From positions 105,214,001-105,278,000 of the forward strand of contig OZ024740.1 in NCBI GenBank assembly GCA_964016885.1: a stretch of DNA of 64,000 bases. The letters run 5' to 3'. Positions within the stretch are counted from its first letter, which is position 1. Every line of letters starts with the position of its first letter. Positions 42,724 to 56,496 of this stretch are shown here, one piece after another. Below the pieces are notes generated by a model. That model worked only from the letters and a program-made list of their open reading frames with translations, did not search any database and was not told the DNA's origin. This DNA comes from Eledone cirrhosa (Eukaryota). The position numbers were made by a program, and so were the translations under genes.

Positions 42724-45700
42724 GCATATTTTGGCGTGGGAGACTATTTATTAAATTTAAGATGAATACTATCTCCGACAGTAATGCCACAACTACAGCC
42801 AGGTTGAATAACTGGTTATTCTTCTAACTATCCCTTCTGAAGACACCTTTTATTCGAATTCGTAGAGATATCCGACTAAATACATAATTCATTTTACAAG
42901 GATTTGCTACAAACAGCATGGCTGAACACAGCATCAACAAGAAAATTAAGGAGGTATCGAAGACAAATAAAGAAGGTAATCAAACTTTATTCAGTTGTAG
43001 CTACAGAAGAAACCGAAATTGTAAATCGCACTTTTCTTGGAGTTGCGAACTTAATGATGATTTATTTAATTGTTATAAAATGGCAAAAAACAATCCCTCC
43101 ATTGGCTATATGAATAGAATGAAGCTACACTGGGACGAAATGCACCCAGAGCTAAATTATTTCACAGCGAAACAATTACGCCAACAAGCGACGTTTGTTG
43201 AACGTAAAAATAAGATAAATATTATTAATTGTAAGTCCCCCCACAACAAACATGGAATCAACAACACGTGCTACAGATCGCCATGCTACTAGACTTCCTA
43301 GCAGCCAGGTCGAACAGCGCCTTGAAACAACTATGCCTGTACCATCTAAGTCTACCTCGAATGCTGGGGAAAACACTATCGATAATAATAATAGTCGAAG
43401 AAATAATAATAATAATAATCGAATAAATGTGACACCACGTATACCATCCGAGTCTACCTCGACTGTTGTGGAAAATACTATCGATAATGATAATCAAAAG
43501 TATAAACAATTGAAAATTTCCCTCAACGAAATCTTCCAGAGAGAAATTAACTCGTGTATAAATATCTCTGGCTGAACGTATTAAAATGACAATGGTGAAT
43601 AAAAAACCAAATAATGAAATACGTGTTATTGACGAAATAGGGGATGAATATTTACGACGGATAAAAACCCCAACATTTTGGCAAATCAACGCCTGTTTAT
43701 ATGCCTTAGCAATGACAGTGAAACATTATCTTGGTGATAGCAGAAATATTAACAAGAACAAAACGCCACCAAAAATACCATCATATATAACTAAAATAGA
43801 AAAAAAAGAGTGCTGACCTACGAAAAAACATAGGACATGTGATAATACTCCTTACATGCAAACAAACACAAAAAAACCTCACTCCTCACCAACAAAGAGT
43901 GAAAAATAAAATAGAGACGATGTTTGGTAACAGTAGAACCAGAACTCTCCAATATAAGCTGATCACCCTCAAACAAGAATTGAGAGCTGTTAGCGAAAAA
44001 CGCCGATACCTGAAGAAGGTAGATGAGAGAAAAATGTTTAATAAAAGTTTCAGACGAAACCAAACATCAGTCTATAGAGATATGAAGGGCAAAATAATAA
44101 GTGTCACTGAGGCCCCATCCCAGAAAGACAGATTCCTTTTGGAGAAAAATATGGGGTGAAAAGAAGAATTTCAACCAAGATGCAGTGTGGCTAAGAGAAA
44201 TCCGAAAGAACTATTGCTCCTACACTACAACAAAACATACAAAATAAGTGAGGGTACCCTTGAGACTGTGATAGGAAAATACCAGGAAGAGACATGATTG
44301 TCGGCTACTGGTACAAAAAACTAATATTCTATCGGAGGTATCTTACTGACCTCTACCAACAAGTTCTTAGGGAAGATACACTTATACCAGAATGGTTGAC
44401 ATTAGCACAAACGTTACTGGTCCCCAAGAACAAAGACACCCACTTGGCAAAAAATACCGACCCATTGCATGCCAGAAGCTGATGTATAAGATGTATACAG
44501 CCTGCCTCAACCTATTCCTCCAAGATCACTGTGAAAATAATATCATCCCAGATGAACAAGCAGCTGGAAAGAAAAGGGTTTGGGGATGTGCTGAACAACT
44601 CCTAATCAACAAAACTGCGATGTCGGAGGTGCGACAACTTAGGAGGAATATGACTACAGTCTGGCTGGACTACAAGAAAGCTTTTGATTCTGTTCCCCAC
44701 TCTTGGATGATAGAGGCCCTCCAACTTGCTAAAGTCCCAGACGTTGTCGGAGCCATGGAGGGGCTGTCTTCTTCTTGGGCTGCTGTCCTGGGGTTGAGGA
44801 CAAAGAGGGAGGACTCTATTTTCACTGATAAAATAAAATATTGCAGGGGGTGTGTTTCAGGGGGACAGTCTCTCTGTGATATTGTTCATCTTGTCATTGG
44901 GCCTCTTGTCATTGGGCCCCTTGTCCTTTCTGCTCAGGAGTGTGAGGGATACATCATTGGCTCACGGGAGGACAAAATACGAACCTAACCCATAATTTCT
45001 TTGTGGACGATCTGAAACTCTATGCCAAGAACATGGATGGGATGAAGAAAAATCTTGACCTGGTTACAACATTCTCAAAGGATATAGGAATGGAGTTTGG
45101 CCAAGATAAATGCTCATATATGACTGTAAAGCGGGGAAAAAAACAACGCAATCTAGCAACATTGTCGTCAATGGTCTGGCTGTTTCACCGATATCTGATG
45201 AGGACTGCTACAGATACCTGGGGATAGATGAGAACATATCCTATAATGGTATCTGTAATAAAGAACGCGTAACCAGGGAATACCCGATTAAGAAGGATCT
45301 GGTGATCGGAACTTTCTGCGCAAAACAAAACAGTGGCTCACAATGTGTTTGCTGTGCCTGTCCTAACACCAACGTTTGGAATACTCAATTGGACGATAGA
45401 CGAAATCCGAGCAGTTGATGTTGGAACTCGAAAAATACTGAACAACACCGGAAACTTCCACATCAACAGTGACATAGACCGCCTTTACTTGAAACGTAAG
45501 CAGGGAGGCAGAGGCCTAAAATCAGTCCAGACAACATTTGAATGTCGCATCATATCTCTCCGACAACATCTACGAACCTCGAAGCGTAGGAGCCCGCTTC
45601 TCGAGCAAGTCTATCTGCATGAAACAGATAAGATCATGAGAGTTGGGAAGGAACTCCTTGAGAGATATTCCCTGTGTTTTAATCAAAAACTCACACCCAG

Positions 45701-46785
45701 GGATGTCACTCAGCAGTATCGCAGTGAATCCATGGATGAAAAACTGCATGCCTATCATCAAAAAAATCATGCATGGATATGTGGCCAGGAAGCTCCAGAG
45801 TGAGAGTAATATAGATAAGGAAAGTAGTCTATCTTGGACCAACAACCGCCATATTGGCTCCCACTTTGAAGGATACGCTTTTGCAATCCAAGAACAGGAG
45901 ATTAGTACGAAATACCTGATTCACAAAAGAGATAGGGATGCAGGCAAAACACCTAGATGTGATAACAAGTGCAGACTCTGCAGAACTAACATCGAGGATA
46001 TCACCCATGTCATCAGCAGCTGCCCAAAGATGTCATCGCGGTACTATCTACCTATGAGGCATGATGTAGTGGCCAACACACTGTACAATGCAGTTCGTAA
46101 AAAAGATAGGCCCGATAACAAACACATTAAAAGCTACAACAATGTACATAATATGAAAGAGTACTGGTGGAATGTTCCAGTAAAAACCCCAATAAAATGC
46201 AGGCATAACAGACCAGATATTATGATATGGGACAGGGAGAAGAAAACATGCACAGTAGTGGAAATTAGCTGCCCAGCAGATGCCAATATAATATCAAAGA
46301 TTAGTGAAAAGGAGAATATTTATGCAGAACTGATGAGAAATCTGCAGATACTCCACCCTGATTACACCTTCAGATTTATGCCTGTGATTATTGGGGCACT
46401 GGGATTTGTTAGTAACTGCCTCAATACAAATCTTGAGAAGCTAGGCTTCACAGGAACAGAAAGAACACAACTAGTTAGGAAATTACAAGTACAATCCATT
46501 AATGGAACAGTAAAAATATGTAAAACATTACAAACATTTTGCATCTAATAACTGCATATACACATGTACAGATACAAAGCATATACACATGCACACATAC
46601 AACTCAAAACATACACATCCACACATACAATAACATCCATATCTACACATGCATGCATGCAGACATACATACATATGTACCTAGTTGATGTTGTGTAAAT
46701 TCCAATGAGAGAGTCTTGTGTCTATGTTAGAAACCGACTCTCTCTATTGGTAAAACTTTATGAAATTATAAAACCAGAAGACCAT
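42721..46785 (+). pseudogene. Full-length but frameshifted R4/Dong-clade RLE retrotransposon (second family)
   Basis: Fragments 42918-46548 are collinear with the ORF at 24148 (WSCELNDDL..WDEMHPEL, KYRPIACQ, WLDYKKAFDSVPH, FVDDLKLY, CRLC..HVISSC, RPDIMIWD..VVEISCP). 3' hairpin at 46702-46750. Flanks are (CA)n and TACA. Confidence 0.92.
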
Positions 46786-46875
46786 ATACACACACATACA
46801 CATACATACAGATATACACACATACATACAGATATACAGATACACACACACACACACACATATATATACACACAC

Positions 46876-46906
<31 letters not shown>

Positions 46907-47155
46907 CATACATACATATATACATACATATACATACATACATATACATACATACATATACATACATACATATACATACATACATATACATACATACATA
47001 TACATACATACATATACATACATACATATACATATATACATACATACATACATACATATACATACATACATACATACATATACATACATACATATACATA
47101 CATACATATACATACATACATACATATATACATACATACATATATACATACATAC

Positions 47156-47186
<31 letters not shown>

Positions 47187-47191
47187 CATAC

Positions 47192-47222
<31 letters not shown>

Positions 47223-47223
47223 C

Positions 47224-47282
<59 letters not shown>

Positions 47283-47445
47283 CATATATATACATACATA
47301 TATACATACATATATACACATACATATATACATACATATATATATATACATATATACATACATACATATATATATGTATATATATACATATATATACATA
47401 TATACATACATATATATATACATATATACATACATATATATATAC

Positions 47446-47504
<59 letters not shown>

Positions 47505-47864
47505 CATATATATACATATATACATATATACATACACATATATACATATATACATATACATATATACATACATATATACATACATATATATATATACATA
47601 TATACATACATATATATATATACATACATATATATATATACATATATACATACATATATATATATACATATATACATATATATATATACATATATACATA
47701 CATATATATATATACATATATACATATATATATATATACATATATACATACATATATATATATACATATATACATACATATATATATATACATATATACA
47801 TACATATATATATATACATATATACATACATATATATATATACATATATACATACATATATATA
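46786..47864. repeat. (TACA)/(TA) array
   Basis: Seen directly. Confidence 0.95.
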
Positions 47865-50781
47865 TCATCATCATCATCATCATCACCGTTTTACGTCCGT
47901 TCTTCCACGCTAGCATGGGTTAGACGGGTTGTCCTGTTGTGGGCAGTGTCTGGTCGGCTGACCATGCCTTGCTCATACAGGAACTGATCTGGCTTGATTT
48001 CTACAGCTGGATGCCCTTCCTAACACCAACCTCATTTACAGTGAGTGCTGGGTGCTTTTTCGTGGCGCCTACACGTCCACTTTACAGTGTGGGCTGGGTG
48101 CTTTTTTGCCGTGGCACCTCCACGGCCACCTTGCGGTGGAGGGGGGGGGGGCATATTGTTTATATGCTTCAGCATGTACCCATGGGAGGTCGGGTACCCT
48201 GTATTACTGCGTGACGCCAGAAGTCACGGTCGTGTGTCATTGACTTTGAGAGGTGTAGTTGGGTAAGGTCGGCTTTTATCACCTCATCCCAAGTCATCTT
48301 GGGTCTCCCCACTCCGCGGTTTCCATCAACTTCTAGTGCTCTGCACCTTTTTATGCAGCTGTCATCCTTCATACGCATCACATGTCCATACCAGCGTAAC
48401 CGCCTCTCCTGCACGCAGCATTTGATTCCTCTTATGCTCAGTCTCTCTCTCAATTCATTTATGCTTTGTCGTTCACGTATATTACTGTTACACATCCATC
48501 GGAGCATGCAGGCTTCGTTTCTCTCTAATCTACGTAAGTCTTCCACCTTCAGCGCCCAGGTCTCACTACCATGCAACATCGCTGTTCGGATACACGCATC
48601 ATACAGTCTGCCTTTCATTCTGAGGGAGAAGCCTTTTGCAGCTAGCAGTGGTAGTAGTTCCCTAAACTTCTTCCATCCCGTTCTTACCCTAGTTATTGTA
48701 CTTTCTGAGCACCCACCTCCGTTGCTAATTCGGTCACCTAGGTAGCAGAAGCTGTCTACTGTTTCTACAGGGCCCTCCCAGAGATTGGTGGTACTTGTTT
48801 CCTGTGGCTGTTTGCTTGCTGTTTCAGCACAGCTGCTGCATGTGAATCCTACATTCTTAATTAAGCTTCCTGAGATCCCGCTACATCTCTTGTGTACCCA
48901 TTGTTTGCATTTGGGGCAAAGAATGGAGTTCCTACCTACACCTTTCCTACATACTGAGCAAGGCCATTTCCCTGAGGGGATCTGGGTTCTGTTTTCTCGT
49001 CTACTTATAAGGACCTTAGTCTTTGTCATGTTGACTTTGAGGCCCTTTCTCTCTAGTCCCTGCTTCCAGGTTTGGAATTTATTCTCTAGTTCTACCATAG
49101 ATTCAGCTATGAGTGCGAGGTCATCAGCATACAGGAGTTCCCATGGGCATCCGGTCTTAAACTCCTCCGTTATTGCCTGCAGGACTATGATGAACAGGAG
49201 AGGGCTAAGAACAGAGCCCTGGTGGACCCCAACCTGTACGCTAAATTCCTCGCTATACTCATTGCCAATCCTAACTTTGCTGACTGCTCCCCTATACATG
49301 GCTTGTACCGCTTTCACAAGCCATTCATCTACTCCTAGTTTTCTAAGAGCCCACCAGATTACTGCACGTGGAACTCTGTCAAAGGCTTTCTCAAGGTCGA
49401 CAAATGCCAAGTAGAGTGGCTTACTTTTAGCTAGGTACTTTTCCTGTAATTGCCTCACAAGGAAGAGCGCATCAGTGGTGCCTTTCCCTGGAACAAACCC
49501 AAATTGCATCTCGTCTATATTCACCCGGTCCCTAATCAGCTGTGCTATAACTCTTTCTGTTACTTTCATGACCTGGTCCATCAACTTTATACCTCTATAG
49601 TTTCCTCTATCTAGTGCATCGCCTTTACCTTTGTAGCAGTTGACAATGATGCTACTGCACCAATCTTTTGGTATGGCCCCCTCTAGTATTACCTGGTTAA
49701 CGATACGTGTGGTTATAGTGTGACCTACAGACCCAGATGCCTTCAGCATCTCGGCAGCTATACCCGATGGACCGGTTGCCTTCCCTATCTTCATATCTCT
49801 GATTGCCTTACTTACTACGCTGCCGCTGACTTGTACTGCTGGTCCCTCTATAGGGTCTACGTGGGGTAGGGTCTCTTCTTCCCATGCATTCTCCTCATTT
49901 AGTAATCTATCATAATGACTCTTCCATGCATCTTTCTTCTCAGCACTTGTGAGGGCAAGCTCACCTTTATCATTCCGGATACACTTCTCTCCAATGACAT
50001 CACAACTATCTCTGACACACTGCCTCGCAATCTTGAATACCTCCTGTTTCTGGTCCTCACGTTGTAAAACATGCTTGAATTTTCTATCCTCTGCTTCCCT
50101 CCTAGCTAAGTATACTTGTCGCCTAGCTTCCCTCTTGGTCTCTATGTAATGTACCCTGCTCCCCCCGTTCTTCCATTCTTTCCATGCCTGTCTCTTGGCC
50201 TTGACTGCTTCATCTACCTTATTGTTCCACCACCAAGTCACTCTCCTCCTGCTTGAGGTCTTACTCCAGCCACAAACCTCATCCGTCGCCTCTAGTAAGT
50301 TATTTTTTAGGAACTCCCAGTTCTCTTCTACGTTAAATGTCTCTATCTGTTCTTCTTTACTGTCGTAGGCGTTGAGTAAAATATCTTTAAATCTGTTACT
50401 GGTTGAGGGGACTTTCAGCTTCCAGATCTTTCTTCTCCAGGTTGGCCTCTGTTTCAGGGCTCGTCTAGTTCTGACCGTGAGGTCGCTGACAACTAAGCTA
50501 TGTTGGGATGTACATTCCTCACTAGGGAAGGCTTTTGTGTTTACGACCGTCCATCTGTCACGTCCTCTGATGAGAATAAAATCTAACTGACTAGAGTGCT
50601 CCCCTGATCTATAGGTGATCAGGTGGTTGTCGGGTTTTTTAAAGTTTGTGTTACATATCGACATGTCATTGGCGTCGCAGAATTCTAGAAGTCTGAATCC
50701 TTCCTCATTCCTTGTGCCAACTCCATGGCCTCCATGTACTCTATTGAAGCCGTCGCAGTGTTTACCTACGTGTCCGTTAAA
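47865..50781 (-). mobile_element. Young 5'-truncated RTE-clade LINE with a (GAT)n tail
   Basis: Uninterrupted ORF plus a ~300-bp 3' UTR that ends cggacgtaaaacggtgatgatg. Confidence 0.93.
48169..50781 (-). CDS. Partial APE endonuclease - reverse transcriptase ORF (~870 aa) with a PHD-like finger after the RT
   Basis: FNGHVG, SQLDFIL, SQHSLVV (APE end); [34 protein letters not shown]; [20 protein letters not shown]; [10 protein letters not shown]. There is no start codon; the upstream extension in the ORF track is microsatellite. Confidence 0.9.
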   Translation of the reverse strand, partial: FNGHVGKHCDGFNRVHGGHGVGTRNEEGFRLLEFCDANDMSICNTNFKKPDNHLITYRSGEHSSQLDFILIRGRDRWTVVNTKAFPSEECTSQHSLVVSDLTVRTRRALKQRPTWRRKIWKLKVPSTSNRFKDILLNAYDSKEEQIETFNVEENWEFLKNNLLEATDEVCGWSKTSSRRRVTWWWNNKVDEAVKAKRQAWKEWKNGGSRVHYIETKREARRQVYLARREAEDRKFKHVLQREDQKQEVFKIARQCVRDSCDVIGEKCIRNDKGELALTSAEKKDAWKSHYDRLLNEENAWEEETLPHVDPIEGPAVQVSGSVVSKAIRDMKIGKATGPSGIAAEMLKASGSVGHTITTRIVNQVILEGAIPKDWCSSIIVNCYKGKGDALDRGNYRGIKLMDQVMKVTERVIAQLIRDRVNIDEMQFGFVPGKGTTDALFLVRQLQEKYLAKSKPLYLAFVDLEKAFDRVPRAVIWWALRKLGVDEWLVKAVQAMYRGAVSKVRIGNEYSEEFSVQVGVHQGSVLSPLLFIIVLQAITEEFKTGCPWELLYADDLALIAESMVELENKFQTWKQGLERKGLKVNMTKTKVLISRRENRTQIPSGKWPCSVCRKGVGRNSILCPKCKQWVHKRCSGISGSLIKNVGFTCSSCAETASKQPQETSTTNLWEGPVETVDSFCYLGDRISNGGGCSESTITRVRTGWKKFRELLPLLAAKGFSLRMKGRLYDACIRTAMLHGSETWALKVEDLRRLERNEACMLRWMCNSNIRERQSINELRERLSIRGIKCCVQERRLRWYGHVMRMKDDSCIKRCRALEVDGNRGVGRPKMTWDEVIKADLTQLHLSKSMTHDRDFWRHAVIQGTRPPMGTC

Positions 50782-50826
50782 TATATATATATATATATAT
50801 ACATATATATACATATATATATATAC

Positions 50827-50875
<49 letters not shown>

Positions 50876-51243
50876 TATACATATACATACATATATATAT
50901 ATACATACATATATATATATACATATATACATACATATATACACATATACATACATATATATATATACATACATATATACATACATATATATATATACAT
51001 ATATACATACATATATATATATACATACATATATATATATACATACATATATATATATACATATATACATACATATATATATATACATATATACATACAT
51101 ATATATATATATACATATATACATACATATATATATATATACATATATACATACATATATATATATATACATATATACATACATATATATACATATATAC
51201 ATATATATATATACATATATACATACATATATACATACATATA

Positions 51244-51274
<31 letters not shown>

Positions 51275-51564
51275 ATACATATATACATACATATATATAT
51301 ATACATATATACATACATATATATATATACATATATACATACATATATATATATACATATATACATACATATATATATATACATATATACATACATATAT
51401 ATATATACATATATACATACATATATATATATACATATATACATACATATATATATATACATATATACATACATATATATATATACATATATACATACAT
51501 ATATATATATACATATATACATACATATATATATATACATATATACATACATATATATATATAC

Positions 51565-51597
<33 letters not shown>

Positions 51598-51623
51598 CAT
51601 ATACATATATATACATACATATA

Positions 51624-51654
<31 letters not shown>

Positions 51655-52307
51655 ATACATATATACATACATATATATATATACATATATACATACATAT
51701 ATATATATACATATATACATACATATATATATATACATATATACATACATATATATATACACATATATATATACATATATACATACATATATATATACAT
51801 ATATACATATGTATATATATACATATATACATATGTATATATATACATATATACATACATATATATATATACATATATACATACATATATATATATACAT
51901 ATATACATACATATATATATATACATATATACATACATATATATATACATATATATATACATATATACATACATATATATATATACATATATATATACAT
52001 ACATATATACATACATATATACATACATATATATATACATACATATATACATACATATATATATACATACATATATACATACATATATATATATACATAT
52101 ATACATACATATATATATATACATATATACATACATATATATACATATATACATACATATATATATATACATATATACATACATATATATATATACATAT
52201 ATACATACATATATATATATACATATATATATATACATATATACATACATATATATATATACATATATATATATACATATATACATACATATATATATAT
52301 ACATATA

Positions 52308-52338
<31 letters not shown>

Positions 52339-52361
52339 ATACATATATACATATACATATA

Positions 52362-52392
<31 letters not shown>

Positions 52393-52623
52393 ATACATAT
52401 ATACATACATATATACATACATATATATATATACATATATACATACATATATATATATACATATATACATACATATATATATATACATATATACATACAT
52501 ATATATATATACATATATACATACATATATATATATACATATATACATACATATATATATATACATATATACATACATATATATATATACATATATACAT
52601 ACATATATATATACATATATACA

Positions 52624-52654
<31 letters not shown>

Positions 52655-52693
52655 ATACATATATACATACATATATATATATACATATATACA

Positions 52694-52724
<31 letters not shown>

Positions 52725-52785
52725 ATACATATATACATACATATACATATATACATATATACATACATATACATATATACATACA

Positions 52786-52816
<31 letters not shown>

Positions 52817-52934
52817 ATACATATATACATACATATATATATATACATATATACATACATATATATATATACATACATATATATATATACATACATATAT
52901 ATATATACATATATACATACATATATATATATAC

Positions 52935-52972
<38 letters not shown>

Positions 52973-53001
52973 ACATATATACATATACATATATACATAT
53001 A

Positions 53002-53032
<31 letters not shown>

Positions 53033-53055
53033 ATACATATATACATATACATATA

Positions 53056-53086
<31 letters not shown>

Positions 53087-53367
53087 ATACATATATACAT
53101 ACATATATACATACATATATATATACATATATACATACATATATATATACATATATACATACATATATATATATACATATATACATACATATATATATAT
53201 ACATATATACATACATATATATATATACATATATACATACATATATATATATACATATATACATACATATATATATATACATATATACATACATATATAT
53301 ATATACATATATACATACATATATATATATACATATATACATACATATATATATATACATATATACA

Positions 53368-53398
<31 letters not shown>

Positions 53399-53429
53399 AT
53401 ACATACATATATATATATACATATATACA

Positions 53430-53460
<31 letters not shown>

Positions 53461-53565
53461 ATACATATATACATACATATACATATATACATATATACAT
53501 ACATATACATATATACATACATATACATATATACATATATACATACATATACATATATACATACA

Positions 53566-53596
<31 letters not shown>

Positions 53597-54122
53597 ATAC
53601 ATACATATATACATATACATACATATATATATATACATATATACATACATATATATATATACATACATATATATATATACATATATACATACATATATAT
53701 ATATACATATATACATACATATATATATATACATACATATATATATATACATATATACATACATATATATATATACATATATACATACATATATATATAT
53801 ACATACATATATATATATACATATATACATACATATATATATATACATATATACATACATATATATATATACATATATACATACATATATATATATACAT
53901 ATATACATACATATATATATATACATATATACATACATATATATATATACATATATACATACATATATATATATACATATATACATATATATATATATAC
54001 ATATATACATATATATATATACATATATACATACATATATATATACATACATATATACATACATATATATATATATACATACATATATATATATACATAT
54101 ATACATACATATATATATATAC

Positions 54123-54153
<31 letters not shown>

Positions 54154-54242
54154 CATATATACATACATATATATATATACATACATACATATATATACAT
54201 ATATACATACATATATATATATACATACATACATATATATAC

Positions 54243-54303
<61 letters not shown>

Positions 54304-54369
54304 CATACATATACATACATACATATATATATATATACATATATACATACATATATATATATACATATA

Positions 54370-54401
<32 letters not shown>

Positions 54402-54440
54402 CATATATACATACATATATATACATATATATATATATAC

Positions 54441-54483
<43 letters not shown>

Positions 54484-54491
54484 CATACACA

Positions 54492-54525
<34 letters not shown>
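50782..54525. repeat. ~3.7-kb array, unit ~TACATATATACATACA(TA)n
   Basis: Seen directly. Confidence 0.97.
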
Positions 54526-55118
54526 CGGTGGCTGCCAACTCGTTTTCGAGTACGGCCACTACTTTATATCCATGTAGGAGAAACCCTACCGATACGCTGA
54601 ACGAGTGTGACTTTTTAGTCCAGCCAGCGACTTGAAAACTCTGGTACAAACACTACACTTGTGACAATTATTGACATATAGTGCTGGGCCCATAGTACCA
54701 TGTGATGACAAGTGCAGAGAGATCTCCAGATATAAAGCAATGCCTGTGCCGTGAAGCTTTTATAGTGGGCAAAGGCACTGCACAAAGCCAGTCCCACTCT
54801 CTTAACCAAGATGATATTTACCAAAAAGAAGAACAAGTCAACATCATTGGACACCATCAGAGTTGCAGGTGTTATATAAGAGTTTTCCTTCTCCTAGAAT
54901 TCTGCCTTGACAAAAGGCTAAGGGGTCATCTCTCCCGGTGATTTTGGATGGCCATCGACTCTTAAGAGCTCCTTTGCCCTTTGACAGGTTTTGTTTTTAG
55001 TCCTGCAGGATGTCCAAAGTCACCCTCCTCACCAAGAAACCTTAGTGGGGTTGCCAGTTTAGTCGCCAACGACCCGACCATGAGACAGGTTGTACTGGGA
55101 TACATGTTACCAGTAGCA
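54526..55118 (-). mobile_element. Non-autonomous RTE-derived element, copy 4 (near full length)
   Basis: Nearly identical to 33368-33957. Confidence 0.9.
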
Positions 55119-55145
55119 TACATATACATACATATATATACACAC

Positions 55146-55184
<39 letters not shown>

Positions 55185-55185
55185 T

Positions 55186-55738
55186 GTAAAGGTAACCATA
55201 GTAAGTACAGTGAATTTTTTGAAATTTATTTTGAAACTTTTTCTTATTTGCTAAACCTTGATTATATATATTCTGGCTCGTTAATTTATTAACCTGCCAT
55301 ATGGTTGGATAATACATGTGTCCCTATTTGTTTTTTGCGTGTAGGGATATATACTTTATTATTATTAATCTCCCCCTGGTCGAGATGAAATTTGGTCATT
55401 TTGACTACTGCTATTTATAGTGGTGTGGTGGTAGATTGACCTCCCTGCCTCTGCCTTCTATCTTTGCACACGGCACTGGACAGAATTGCTTCCACATCAT
55501 TCATTCTCATCTCGGGAACAATTTTGAATAGCGCTAGTTTGTAATTTGAACTCGGGAATTTTATATTCTCCGAGTGAAAAGAACCTTCTGACGAGAGTTT
55601 ATCTTTTCAATGGAAGCCCGTAAGGACTGCATTTATTTTTGAGACTCGAAACCGATTCGGTAAAGGTAACCATAGTAAGTACAGTGAATTTTTTGAAATT
55701 TATTTTGAAACTTTTTCTTATTTGCTAAACCTTGATTA
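55186..55738 (+). mobile_element. Retrozyme/Penelope-pLTR-like non-coding element with 79-bp terminal direct repeats
   Basis: 55186-55264 equals 55660-55738 (period 474 bp). The repeat starts at the hammerhead GUA triplet. Flanks are (CA)n and (TA)n. Confidence 0.8.
55583..55667 (+). ncRNA. Type I hammerhead ribozyme
   Basis: ACCUU-CUGACGA-GAGUUU(large loop)AGACUC-GAAA-CCG(auu)CGG-UA|AAGGU. All three stems pair and the core is intact. Confidence 0.85.
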
Positions 55739-55847
55739 CATATATATATATATCATCATCATTTTACGTCCGCTTTTCCCTGCTTGCAAGAGTTGGATGG
55801 GTCCTATTCAGCACAGCATCTCTACTTGTCATGGTCCTTTGTCAATT

Positions 55848-56238
55848 TATTAAAATAACATTAAAGTTTAAGCAAAGAACCGCTACTTTCTTCCTTAACG
55901 GGATATTCTGAAACTAAAAATCAATCAATCTGTGAACACAGAAGTAAATATTTCGAAAAACGTTGCAACCGAAGGAAAACAGGAAGATGATACTTTGGTT
56001 CGTGAAGACGTTCCCTGGCAATGAACAGAAAAAAAGCGAAGATAATACGTCGTTATGTGGAGCGATGAGAACAAATACACGCAAAGACAAAACCACGTTT
56101 ATGGTATAAATGGAGTCGTAGACTAATATTCTATTTAGGAAGCCGAATGGTTCACAGATTGGTTTTTTAGTTTCAGAAGATCTCGTTAAGGGTGAAAGCA
56201 GCGATTCTTTGCTTAAACTTTAATCTGATATTTCAATA
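55848..56238. mobile_element. ~390-bp element with ~90-bp imperfect terminal inverted repeats (inverted PLE pLTR or MITE)
   Basis: 55848-55937 is the approximate reverse complement of 56150-56238. A second copy lies at 6990-7208. Confidence 0.7.
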
Positions 56239-56311
56239 TATATATATATATATATAGATAATCAGTACAATATTTTTTATTGCTTTCTTTCCATTATTTT
56301 TGTTATTCTAC

Positions 56312-56496
56312 GTACGGTGGATTGGCAGTATCGGTAGAGGGTCAGACACCATGCTTTCCAGCATAGTTACGTCCCTTTACGATCTGAGTTCAAATCCCGC
56401 CGAGGTTGACTTTGCCTTTCATCCTAAAGGGGTCGATAAAATAAAGTACCAGTAATGCACTGGATAATTGATGGCCTTGTGCCAAAAGTAGAAACA
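56312..56496 (+). mobile_element. SINE family B, full length, with a 19-bp TSD
   Basis: TSD ATTATTTTTGTTATTCTAC at 56293-56311 and 56497-56515; A/B boxes present. Confidence 0.92.

Noticed and set aside
50782-54516. N-terminal ~1245 aa of the 2115-aa ORF
   Set aside because: Microsatellite that happens to be in frame with the truncated LINE ORF. Real coding similarity starts at FNGHVG (50781).
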